A DNA stretch of 248,000 nucleotides from Hyalangium minutum (GTDB lineage Bacteria > Myxococcota > Myxococcia > Myxococcales > Myxococcaceae): contig NZ_JMCB01000006.1 of NCBI RefSeq assembly GCF_000737315.1, forward strand, positions 20,001 through 268,000, written 5' to 3'. The translations under genes were made by a program, and so were the position numbers. Under the pieces are notes generated by a model. The model saw nothing but the letters and a program-made list of their open reading frames with translations, was not told where the DNA came from and did not search any database. Below, piece after piece: positions 81,419 to 89,801 of the stretch (position 1 is its first letter; each line of letters opens with the position of its first letter).

Positions 81419-84400
81419 CTATTTCCCAGAAGGCGGTGTTGCGCAGACGCGCAGGCCCACCGTGAGATCCCGGAGCGAGGCATCGGAGGAGTCCCGATTG
81501 GCGGAGCGGGCGGTGTTGGGGCCGTAGTAGTAGCTGCCCCCGCGCGCGACCGGCTTGGTGGAGTCCCACCAGTTGCGCGTCCACTCCCACGCATTGCCCG
81601 CCATGTCCTCCACCCCGAAGGGGCTGGCGGACCGAGGGTAGGTGCCCACCTCGTCCGGGCCAAAGCCGCCGGAGCGCTGGCCGTAGGTGCTGTCGATGTT
81701 GGCGTCATCCACCTCGAGCTTGGGGCCGTGAGGGTATTCGCGCCCGTCCACGCCTCGGGCGGCGCGCTCCCACTCCAACTCCGTGCACAGCCGGGCCCCC
81801 GGCACCCCGCCCTGCGAGAGGGGCCGCCGGGCCAGCCAGGCGACATATGCCTCCGCGTCCGTGAGGTTGATGCCGGTGACAGGCATGCGCAGCCAGTCCT
81901 GCTCGGCCCGCTGGGTGCGTTCGGCGTAGCGCAGCTTCGCGCCCTCGCGGACCACGTACTCCGGGGAGCCCGGGCTGGGCTTCAGGTGCAGCACCCACGT
82001 CCCCTGCACCCGCTCCAGCTTCAGCTGGCCGACCGAGTCCTTCACTCCCGGCGTCCGGCGGATGCGCTCCTCTTCGGGCAGCTCCTCCAGGAAGGCCAGC
82101 CACTGCTGGTAGGTCGTCTCATGGCGGGCAATGAGGAAGCCCGCCGTGGAGCGCTCGTGGAGGGGCACTGTCTTCAAGAAGTCGCGCATGGCGTCCACGG
82201 AACTGCCAAAGCGCAGGGGCCCTGGAGGCACGTAGATGAAGTCCTGGGGGAGCGTCCCTTCCGGCAAGAGCGGCAGCTTGAGCAGCCGCTTCTCGCCCCG
82301 CGTGAGCTGCAAGGGCATGGAGGCAGGCACATGGCCCGGAGCGCGTGCCGTCAGCTGGTACAGGCCGGGTAGCACCGGCGTGCCCTTCCAGGTCCCGGAG
82401 GTGAACCGGACCGGTGTCCTGGGCTCCTCGTCGAGATCCGCGTCATCCGCCAGCGGCAGGAGCTCCACCTCGGCCCCGGGTGCCTCCACCTCCAGCGTGA
82501 CGAGCGCGGGAGCGGTCCACCGGCTCCACCGCTGCTCGTCCACGTCATAGAGGCGCAAGCGCTGCAGCAACGCGGGCAGCGTGGCCAGCTCTCCCTCCTG
82601 CTCGGCGAGGAGCGCGCGCTCGTAGAGGTAGTCCGCCAGCGCCTCCCTCACGATGCCCCGGTCAGGTGCCAGCACCAGCGCGCGCTCCAGCCCGTAGGCC
82701 ACGGCGTTGAAGTGCTGGCGGACCTGGGCACTGCGGCTCGCGGCGTGCGTCCACGCGGCTTCCCCTTCGGCCTTGAGGCCCGCCCCGTACCGCTGGAAGG
82801 CTTCCGCGCGCTCGACCACCAACGCCTCGCGCTCGCCGCGAGCCTGCTCCAGGCCCCGCGTGGACTCGGCCAGCAGCGTGCGAACCTGCTCCTCGAGCTG
82901 CATGCGCTCGCGAAGCCGGCCGCTGCCATACACGAGCCCCAGCAGCAGCAAGAAGCCCGCGGCCAGGGCGCGCCGGGCCCTGCGGCTGCGCACCACCGTG
83001 CGGCGGGACTCCTCCAGGAACTCCTGCTCCCGGCGCGTCAGCTCGCCCGGGTCCAGCACCGCCGTCTCGGCCAGCTGCCGGGAGCCCCAGAGCACGTCGC
83101 GCGTGTGCCCCAGCCGCTCCCACTGCGCGGCGGACGACTCCAGCCGGGCCTGCACCTCGCGGCGCTCGGCGGCCTCGGCCAGCCAGCGGGCCAGCGTCTT
83201 CCAGCCGGTGACGAGCGCCTCGTGCGCCACTTCATAGGAGGTGCCGTCCTCCGCCTCGCGGGCCACCAGCAGGCGCGCGCGCACCAGCGCCTCCAGCGCC
83301 GCGCGGTAACGAGGATCCGCGCCCACCAGCTCCCGGTCCGTCTTCCGGGCGCGCGTGCCGTCGGCGGTGATGAGGCGCAGCAGCACCCCACGCGCGGCCA
83401 CCCGCTGATCCGGGAGCAGGCTGTCCACGGCCGCATCCGCGTGCTTCGCCAGCGCGCCCGACACGCCGCCCAGCCCGTCCAACGCGGCCTGGGTGATCAC
83501 CTCGGCGGCCTTGTCGCGCGCCTCCCACAGCTCAGCGAGGGCGAACTGGAGCAGCGGCAGCCCGCCCTCGGTGGCGGCGGTGGCGGCCACCAGCGTGTCC
83601 ACCAGCGCCTCGGACTCGAAGCGCACGCCCTTCACGCGCGCCGGGCCGACGATGGCCTCGCGCATCTCCTCGGGCGTCAGCGCGCGCAGCAGGTAGAGCG
83701 CCCGCGGCAGCTCGGCACCGAGCCCCGGCACCGCCGTGAGCCGCGTGAGGAAGTCACTGCGGCCCGTGGCCAGCAGCCGTACGCCCGTCACGCCCTCGGC
83801 CAGCTCGCCCAGCGCGAGGCCCGCCTGCGCGGCCTCCTCGGGCACGGAGAGCGTCACCAACTCCTCGAGCTGATCCATATAAAGGATGAGCCCGTCCTTG
83901 GCGCCCAGCTTCGCGCGCAGCCGCCGTGCCAGCTGCGTCGGCTCCGTGTGGAGCAACTGGGCCAGGGGCTCCTCCTCCATCTCCAGCACGGGGGCGAGCG
84001 CCGCGGCGAGCGCGGCCACGGGGCGGCGGCCCGGCACCAGGCGCGCGCTCTTCCACTTCCGGCCGTCCTCCAGCACCCCCTCCGCGATGAGGGGGATGAC
84101 GCCGGCCAGACACAGCGAGGACTTGCCCACGCCCGAGTCGCCGGTGATGAGCAGGAAGGGCTCTCCCTTGAGGCGCTCGATGACCGCGCGCTGCTCGCGC
84201 CGGCGGCCGAAGAAGAGGGCGCGGTGCTCGGCCTCGAAGGCCTGCAGGCCGCGGAACGGGTTGCCCTCGGGGATGGCGCCAGCAGAGAGTTCGTCCCGGC
84301 CGACCTGCTCCAGCGCGTCGAGCATCGCCGCGGCCGAGGAGTAGCGCTCCGAGGGCTCCCGGCGCAGGCAGCGCTCGATGACGGCGGCGAGGTTCGGATC

Positions 84401-85243
84401 CACGCCGGTCGCGGCCTCGGCGAGGGGACGCGCGTCCCGGCTGCGGACCTCCTCGGACAGCTCGCGCCAGGGCACGTCGCGGAAGGGGCCCTTGCCCGAG
84501 ACCAGCTCGTAGAGCACGAGGCCCAGCGAGTACACGTCGCTGCGCGCCGTGAGGTCCTCGCCGGCCCACGCCTCCGGGGACATGTAATAGGGCGTGCCCA
84601 CCAGCGCGCCGCGAGGGAGCGAGGGGAGGAACACGCCGTCCAGCGAGCGGGCGCCGAAGCCCGGGCTGGCGTCCGGGTCGAGCTCGGCGGGCAGCTCGGG
84701 CGGAGTGGGCGGTCGGCTCGGGCTCTTGCCGGGCTCGGCGGCGGAGGAATCCAGCAGCTTGGCCAGACCGAAGTCGAGCAGCTTCACCTCGCCGCTCTCG
84801 GTGAGCACGGCGTTGCCGGGCTTGATGTCGCGGTGGAGTACGCCGCGGCGGTGGGCGGCGCTCAGTCCTCGCGCCAGGTCCTTGCCGATGGAGAGGGCCC
84901 GCTCCCCAGACACGGGCTTGGCGAGCCGGTCCAGGCTGACGCCGCGGATGAACTCGGAGATGAGGTACGGCTGCTCCTCGAGCTGCCCCACGCGGTAGAG
85001 GGTGACGACGTTGGGGTGCTGGATGCGGGCAGCGGCCCGGGCCTCCACGAGGAAGTGGGACAGGGCGTTGGGGCCGAGGGCGGGGATGAACTTCACCGCC
85101 ACGGGGCGCTCGAGCAGCGTGTCGTGGGCCAGATACACCCGCCCCGTCCGCCCACGGCCAATGAGCCGGATCAGACGGTACTCGTCGAACTCCTGGGGAG
85201 GAGTCCACGCATCCGGGGGCGGAGAGGAGGCGGGAGAGGCCAC
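81419..85243 (-). CDS. Ser/Thr kinase-STAND NTPase-TM-PEGA-FGE-sulfatase protein
   Basis: HRDIKPGN; NPFRGL and GDSGVGKSS; DMAGNAWEW and ARGGSY. Confidence 0.88.
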   Translation of the reverse strand: MASPASSPPPDAWTPPQEFDEYRLIRLIGRGRTGRVYLAHDTLLERPVAVKFIPALGPNALSHFLVEARAAARIQHPNVVTLYRVGQLEEQPYLISEFIRGVSLDRLAKPVSGERALSIGKDLARGLSAAHRRGVLHRDIKPGNAVLTESGEVKLLDFGLAKLLDSSAAEPGKSPSRPPTPPELPAELDPDASPGFGARSLDGVFLPSLPRGALVGTPYYMSPEAWAGEDLTARSDVYSLGLVLYELVSGKGPFRDVPWRELSEEVRSRDARPLAEAATGVDPNLAAVIERCLRREPSERYSSAAAMLDALEQVGRDELSAGAIPEGNPFRGLQAFEAEHRALFFGRRREQRAVIERLKGEPFLLITGDSGVGKSSLCLAGVIPLIAEGVLEDGRKWKSARLVPGRRPVAALAAALAPVLEMEEEPLAQLLHTEPTQLARRLRAKLGAKDGLILYMDQLEELVTLSVPEEAAQAGLALGELAEGVTGVRLLATGRSDFLTRLTAVPGLGAELPRALYLLRALTPEEMREAIVGPARVKGVRFESEALVDTLVAATAATEGGLPLLQFALAELWEARDKAAEVITQAALDGLGGVSGALAKHADAAVDSLLPDQRVAARGVLLRLITADGTRARKTDRELVGADPRYRAALEALVRARLLVAREAEDGTSYEVAHEALVTGWKTLARWLAEAAERREVQARLESSAAQWERLGHTRDVLWGSRQLAETAVLDPGELTRREQEFLEESRRTVVRSRRARRALAAGFLLLLGLVYGSGRLRERMQLEEQVRTLLAESTRGLEQARGEREALVVERAEAFQRYGAGLKAEGEAAWTHAASRSAQVRQHFNAVAYGLERALVLAPDRGIVREALADYLYERALLAEQEGELATLPALLQRLRLYDVDEQRWSRWTAPALVTLEVEAPGAEVELLPLADDADLDEEPRTPVRFTSGTWKGTPVLPGLYQLTARAPGHVPASMPLQLTRGEKRLLKLPLLPEGTLPQDFIYVPPGPLRFGSSVDAMRDFLKTVPLHERSTAGFLIARHETTYQQWLAFLEELPEEERIRRTPGVKDSVGQLKLERVQGTWVLHLKPSPGSPEYVVREGAKLRYAERTQRAEQDWLRMPVTGINLTDAEAYVAWLARRPLSQGGVPGARLCTELEWERAARGVDGREYPHGPKLEVDDANIDSTYGQRSGGFGPDEVGTYPRSASPFGVEDMAGNAWEWTRNWWDSTKPVARGGSYYYGPNTARSANRDSSDASLRDLTVGLRVCATPPSGK

Positions 85244-85309
85244 GGTGGGTGCCTACGTGCCCGGACCTCGGCGATCAAGCCGTCCCGGGAGTCCGTACAC
85301 GCGAGGGGG

Positions 85310-85762
85310 CTAGGGCTTGTCCTTTGCCTTGCTCGGCTTGAGCATGGTGCGGATCTTGTTTTCGAGGTCCTGTGGCAAACAGGGCTTGGCGACGAACTCG
85401 TCGGCGCCGGCGTCCTTGGCTTGGTTCTCGCTGCCGGCGAGCACGTGGCCGCTGAGGGCCATCACGGGGATGTCGCGGGTGCGGGAGTCTCCCTTGATGA
85501 GGCGGGTGGCCTCCCATCCGTCCATGACGGGCAGAGACAGGTCCATGAGGATGATGTCGGGCTCGGCGACCTGGGCCTTCTCCACGGCCTCGGCGCCGTT
85601 GCGAGCGGTCTCTACCTGGAAGCCCGCGAACTCGAGGTACTCCGCATACATCTCCCGGGCGTCATCGAAGTCATCGACGACGAGGACGCGCTTCTTCGAG
85701 GGTGCGGACTCGGCGCTTGCACCCGCCTCTGCTGGCGGAAGTTTGGGGGCCGATTGGCTCAT
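85310..85762 (-). CDS. Single-domain response regulator
   Basis: VVDD, MDLSLP, KP. Confidence 0.9.
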   Translation of the reverse strand: MSQSAPKLPPAEAGASAESAPSKKRVLVVDDFDDAREMYAEYLEFAGFQVETARNGAEAVEKAQVAEPDIILMDLSLPVMDGWEATRLIKGDSRTRDIPVMALSGHVLAGSENQAKDAGADEFVAKPCLPQDLENKIRTMLKPSKAKDKP

Positions 85763-86038
85763 GGCTCGGAGGGTCTCCAGCAAAAGAGGCGATAGGGCGA
85801 TCATTCTATACACAGACTGCACTCCGCGCCCTGCCCCCCCCACCCCCGGGGCGTACACCAGCGCGCGTTCGAAGTGTCCTGAAGACGACACCGCCCCCTC
85901 GGAGAGGTTCCAAGGAAGCAGTTCCGGGAGTCTCCCAGCGCGGACGCCCCGTCCACGGCGGCGGACGGTCAGCCATGGGCGCCGAGAGAGGCGAAGCCAC
86001 TAGGATGCGCGGCACACCTCCTGCACTTCACGAAGGGT

Positions 86039-87334
86039 ATGACCCCCTCTCAAGCCCTCTTTCTCTCGCTGTGCTTGTTGTCCTCCGCGTGTATCAGCCT
86101 GCCCGACATCGACGATTCGCTTCCTGGGCCAGATGGAGGCCCTCCCATCGATGGTGGCATAGACGGAGGAAACACGGATCAGACGCCTCCGACGCTCGTC
86201 CGCACCACACCGCCACATGGCTCGACCCGAGTGCCCGTCGACTCGACGGTGGAGCTCGAGTTCTCCGAAGCGATGGTGGAGAGCAGCTTGCAGCTCACCT
86301 CGGTGCCAACGGTGTCCTTCACATTGGAGTCCTGGGCCTCCGAGTCGAAGCGCGCCGTCTTCCGCCCCTCAGCGCCCCTGGCCCAGGATCAGCAATACGC
86401 GCTCACGGCCGAGGGCAAGGACCTGGCGGGCAACACCCTCACGGGTAGTCACAGCTTTGCCTTCACCACGGTGGGCCCTGCGCCGGACACCACACCTCCC
86501 ACCCTCGTCAGCACTTCGCCCACGAATCGAGCCTTGGCCCTTCCCAGAGACACCAAGATCAAGCTCACCTTCTCCGAACCAATGAATCGCGCATCGGTGG
86601 AACGGGCCTTTTCAATCGTATCGCCGATGGAGGCTCAGGCAGGGACTATGGCCTGGAACTCGACAGGCACAGTTGCCGAGTTCACTCCGGACACCTTGCT
86701 CCCCTACACTTCAACCGTCGCCTGGGAACTCTCGGCAGCAGCGACAGACCTCGTGGGAAACGCGCTGAGCCCAGCTTCATCGCTGTTCTACGTCGCCACT
86801 CAGCGGACCTACTCACTCACTCCAATGAATATTGGTAGTGAATCTCATCTATCAAGCACCACACCGGCCGCTCAGATCGTCCCCTGGAATATCGGGGACG
86901 ATGCATCAAACAGACCTCTCCAGGTATTTCTCTCTTTTCATCTGCAGCCTCTGTTCGACTCACAAGTGACCCGGATCCTCTCCGCCAGCCTGAGATGGCC
87001 TCATGTCGATCCTGGTATTTCCACTTTCGATTCCTTGGGCAGGTTCGCCGTAGACCTCGTGAGTTACCCCCCCTCGAACTCAAACGCTTTCACCACAGCC
87101 CCCATCGGGCAGCCTCTCTTCCTGACCTACCAGGATTTAGGCGGCGCCTCGGACATCACCACGGTCAATGTCACTCCCATGGTGCTGGACTCATGGGCGA
87201 ATCAGGCTTCCCGCTATGAACGCGCGCAGTTCAGGCTCAGCTTCGAATCCTGGACAGACCAGGACAGCACCCCCGACTTCCTTCAAGTCAATCCGTTTTA
87301 TCTCGTGCTGACAGTCACTTGCGAGCAACCGTAG
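86039..87334 (+). CDS. Ig-like (Big_5) repeat lipoprotein
   Basis: Lipobox SSAC; two DxTPPTLV...FSEPM modules. Confidence 0.75.
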   Translation: MTPSQALFLSLCLLSSACISLPDIDDSLPGPDGGPPIDGGIDGGNTDQTPPTLVRTTPPHGSTRVPVDSTVELEFSEAMVESSLQLTSVPTVSFTLESWASESKRAVFRPSAPLAQDQQYALTAEGKDLAGNTLTGSHSFAFTTVGPAPDTTPPTLVSTSPTNRALALPRDTKIKLTFSEPMNRASVERAFSIVSPMEAQAGTMAWNSTGTVAEFTPDTLLPYTSTVAWELSAAATDLVGNALSPASSLFYVATQRTYSLTPMNIGSESHLSSTTPAAQIVPWNIGDDASNRPLQVFLSFHLQPLFDSQVTRILSASLRWPHVDPGISTFDSLGRFAVDLVSYPPSNSNAFTTAPIGQPLFLTYQDLGGASDITTVNVTPMVLDSWANQASRYERAQFRLSFESWTDQDSTPDFLQVNPFYLVLTVTCEQP

Positions 87335-87375
87335 GACGCGGGCCGCATCTCAGGCTGCCCCTGCCGCAGTGACAG

Positions 87376-87418
87376 AAAAAAAACGCCGCCCCCCCGGAAA
87401 GGCTCCGAGAGGGCGGCA
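87376..87418 (-). terminator. Rho-independent terminator
   Basis: GCCGCCC/GGGCGGC stem with an adjacent A8 run, between convergent genes. Confidence 0.7.
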
Positions 87419-87452
87419 GGACTGCGTTCAGCCCGTGTTCAGCGCTGCGTCA

Positions 87453-89108
87453 TCACGGCGCAGCGACGGGCACGGCGATCGGGGTGATCAGCGAGCCGTT
87501 GACGGTGATGTCGGCCGTCTGAGCCACACCCCAGCCGGACTCATAGGCATCGACGCTCGGGGTCAGCTTGCTGAAGTGGATGAACAGGCTGGTGCCCGGC
87601 TGCAAGGAGACGAAGGTCGCCGAAGGCGTCGCCGGCGGCGAGTAGGTGAAGGAGAAGCGGGTGCTGTAGCCCGAGGTGTCGAACGGGAAGACCGGCTCCT
87701 CGGCGGGAGTCCGGGTCGCGATGGGCTTGGTGGGCTCCGCCATCTGCAGCGTGAAGCCAACGCCGGTGCTGCGGCCCGTGGACGGATCGCGCTCGCCCGT
87801 CGCGTCACCTATCTTGCCGCTCCCGTTGAGATCCAGTCCTACATAGACCTGCGCGTACTGGGTCTCGAGCAGCGGCGTCATCACCTGGTTGAAGTTCACG
87901 TACACGGTCTCGAGGCGGTCGATGAGGCCGTTGTTCGTGGTCACCTCCTGGAACCTCACGCTCTCGACGGCGATGGCCGGCGGGCTGCTCAGATCACCGC
88001 CGAAGAACGCCACCGTCGAACCGGTGGTGAAGGGAGCGCCGCCGGCGAGCGGCACGGCGCGGATATACAGGTTGTACTCGCGGCCTGCGGACAGCGCCTG
88101 GCCCGGCTTGATGGTCAGCACCGTGCCGCCACCCGTCACGTCCCTGGAGACGGCCAGGCTCTCCTTGCCGTACTCGTCCGTCAGCCCCACCACCACCGAG
88201 CTGGCCTGCACCGGCTGGTTGAAGACGATGTAGATACCGTCGGTCGGCTTGACCATGTTGTGCTGCGGCTTGGTCTGGAGGTTGCCGGGCTGCAGCGCCC
88301 CCAGGCTGCTGTACCTCACCGCCAGGGCTTCGCCCGGGCTATAGGCCGGAGGCAGCCGCTCCGTCTTCACCGTGCCCTGCCTCACCAGGTCCGTAGCCGG
88401 GTAGTTAATCACCAGTCCGCCCGCCTCGTAGATGCCGTCGCCGTTGGTGTCCAGCGCGTTGACCGACAGCAGGTAGCTGCCGCCCAGACGGGACAGCTCG
88501 ACCGGCGAAGGGACCTTATCAAAGGTGATGAGACCGTTGTTGTCCGACACCGCCTCCACCACCACGCGGCTCGTGGTCGACTCGGACAGGCCGAAGAGCA
88601 CGCGGCCCGCGGGGTTCACGTCCAGCGTGCCACGCGCATTCGCCGCAGGGCGGCCATCCGGCCCGAACAGGTAGAACTTCACCGAGCCATTCAGCTCCGA
88701 CAGCAGCACCGGGCCAAAGCTCGCGTTGCCGTTGTTGATGGGCACATTGCCCGCGGTGCTCGGGACCACCGAGGAGGCGCGCAGCGAGGCGAAGCCGTCC
88801 TTGCTGAACGTCAGCAGCACCTGGGCGCCGCCCGGCACATCCTTGAAGATGAAGTTGCCGCCGGCATCCGTCGTCACCGGAGCCACCGTCGCGCTGCCGA
88901 TCGTCATCGTGACGTTGACGCTCGCCAGCGGCTGCTGCTGGGTCGTCAGCACCTGGCCGGAGACCGTGCCCTTCGGCGTCGCAGGAACCACCACCGATAC
89001 GTTGTTCGGATCCTGGATACCGTCCGCAATTCCGTCACCGTTGGCGTCCTCGGCACCACCGCACCCGGCCATCAGAAACGGCACGAGGGCCATTGCCAGC
89101 TTCTTCAT
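87453..89108 (-). CDS. Carboxypeptidase-regulatory-like/Ig-like lipoprotein
   Basis: Lipobox MAGC; DANGDG Ca-binding-like loop; beta-sandwich modules. Confidence 0.7.
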   Translation of the reverse strand: MKKLAMALVPFLMAGCGGAEDANGDGIADGIQDPNNVSVVVPATPKGTVSGQVLTTQQQPLASVNVTMTIGSATVAPVTTDAGGNFIFKDVPGGAQVLLTFSKDGFASLRASSVVPSTAGNVPINNGNASFGPVLLSELNGSVKFYLFGPDGRPAANARGTLDVNPAGRVLFGLSESTTSRVVVEAVSDNNGLITFDKVPSPVELSRLGGSYLLSVNALDTNGDGIYEAGGLVINYPATDLVRQGTVKTERLPPAYSPGEALAVRYSSLGALQPGNLQTKPQHNMVKPTDGIYIVFNQPVQASSVVVGLTDEYGKESLAVSRDVTGGGTVLTIKPGQALSAGREYNLYIRAVPLAGGAPFTTGSTVAFFGGDLSSPPAIAVESVRFQEVTTNNGLIDRLETVYVNFNQVMTPLLETQYAQVYVGLDLNGSGKIGDATGERDPSTGRSTGVGFTLQMAEPTKPIATRTPAEEPVFPFDTSGYSTRFSFTYSPPATPSATFVSLQPGTSLFIHFSKLTPSVDAYESGWGVAQTADITVNGSLITPIAVPVAAP

Positions 89109-89245
89109 CGTCCCCACCTTGAGAGTTTTCTGAGAAGTTCACGCCGCGACACAGGGCGGCGACGGGACACTCTCCGACTCGGGGGGCGGACGTCAAGAGA
89201 GTGACAGTCGGATCAACCCAGGACGTCCTGCTAGGGTTTACCCAC

Positions 89246-89695
89246 ATGTCCGACGTGAACGACCCTTGCCTGGGGTGCGCCGTGGTGAGCGGCGCCACCC
89301 GCCCCGTGGGAGGCATCCTCGCCCGCGCGCCCGGCCTGGTGCTCCATGGCGTGGCCGGCCCCAGCCCCGTGCCCGGCTGGGTGGTCATCTCCAGCGAGCG
89401 CCATGTGCGCGGCCTGTACGACTTGGACGAGCCCACCGCCCGGGAGCTGGGCGCCTTCGCGGCCCGGGTGATGCGTGCTCAGCGCCAAGCGCTCGGCGCC
89501 GCGCATGCCTACGCCTTCGCCATCGGCGACGTGCTGCGCCACTTCCACCTGCACCTCGTGCCCCGCTACCGGGACACGCCCCCCCACCTGTGGGGCCGGG
89601 CCGTCTTCGAGGCCTCCGCCCAGGAGCACCTCCCCGCCGAGCAGCTGGAGGCTGCGGCCCAGACCCTTGCCGCGGCGCTGGCCTCCGAGTCCTGA
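89246..89695 (+). CDS. HIT family protein
   Basis: HFHLHLVPRY. Confidence 0.85.
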   Translation: MSDVNDPCLGCAVVSGATRPVGGILARAPGLVLHGVAGPSPVPGWVVISSERHVRGLYDLDEPTARELGAFAARVMRAQRQALGAAHAYAFAIGDVLRHFHLHLVPRYRDTPPHLWGRAVFEASAQEHLPAEQLEAAAQTLAAALASES

Positions 89696-89801
89696 GCCCC
89701 ACGGGCCGCCGCCTGCCTGCCCCCGCCCAAGTCCGGAGGCCAGGATTTCTCAGGGGCCCGTGGACCTCTCCCCTCGGGGTAGGGAGAATGCCGACTCTCC
89801 C

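Noticed and set aside
87453-89108. Gliding-motility lipoprotein CglD assignment
   Set aside because: Only a DxxGDG loop and lipobox match; no VWA/MIDAS motif seen, so left generic
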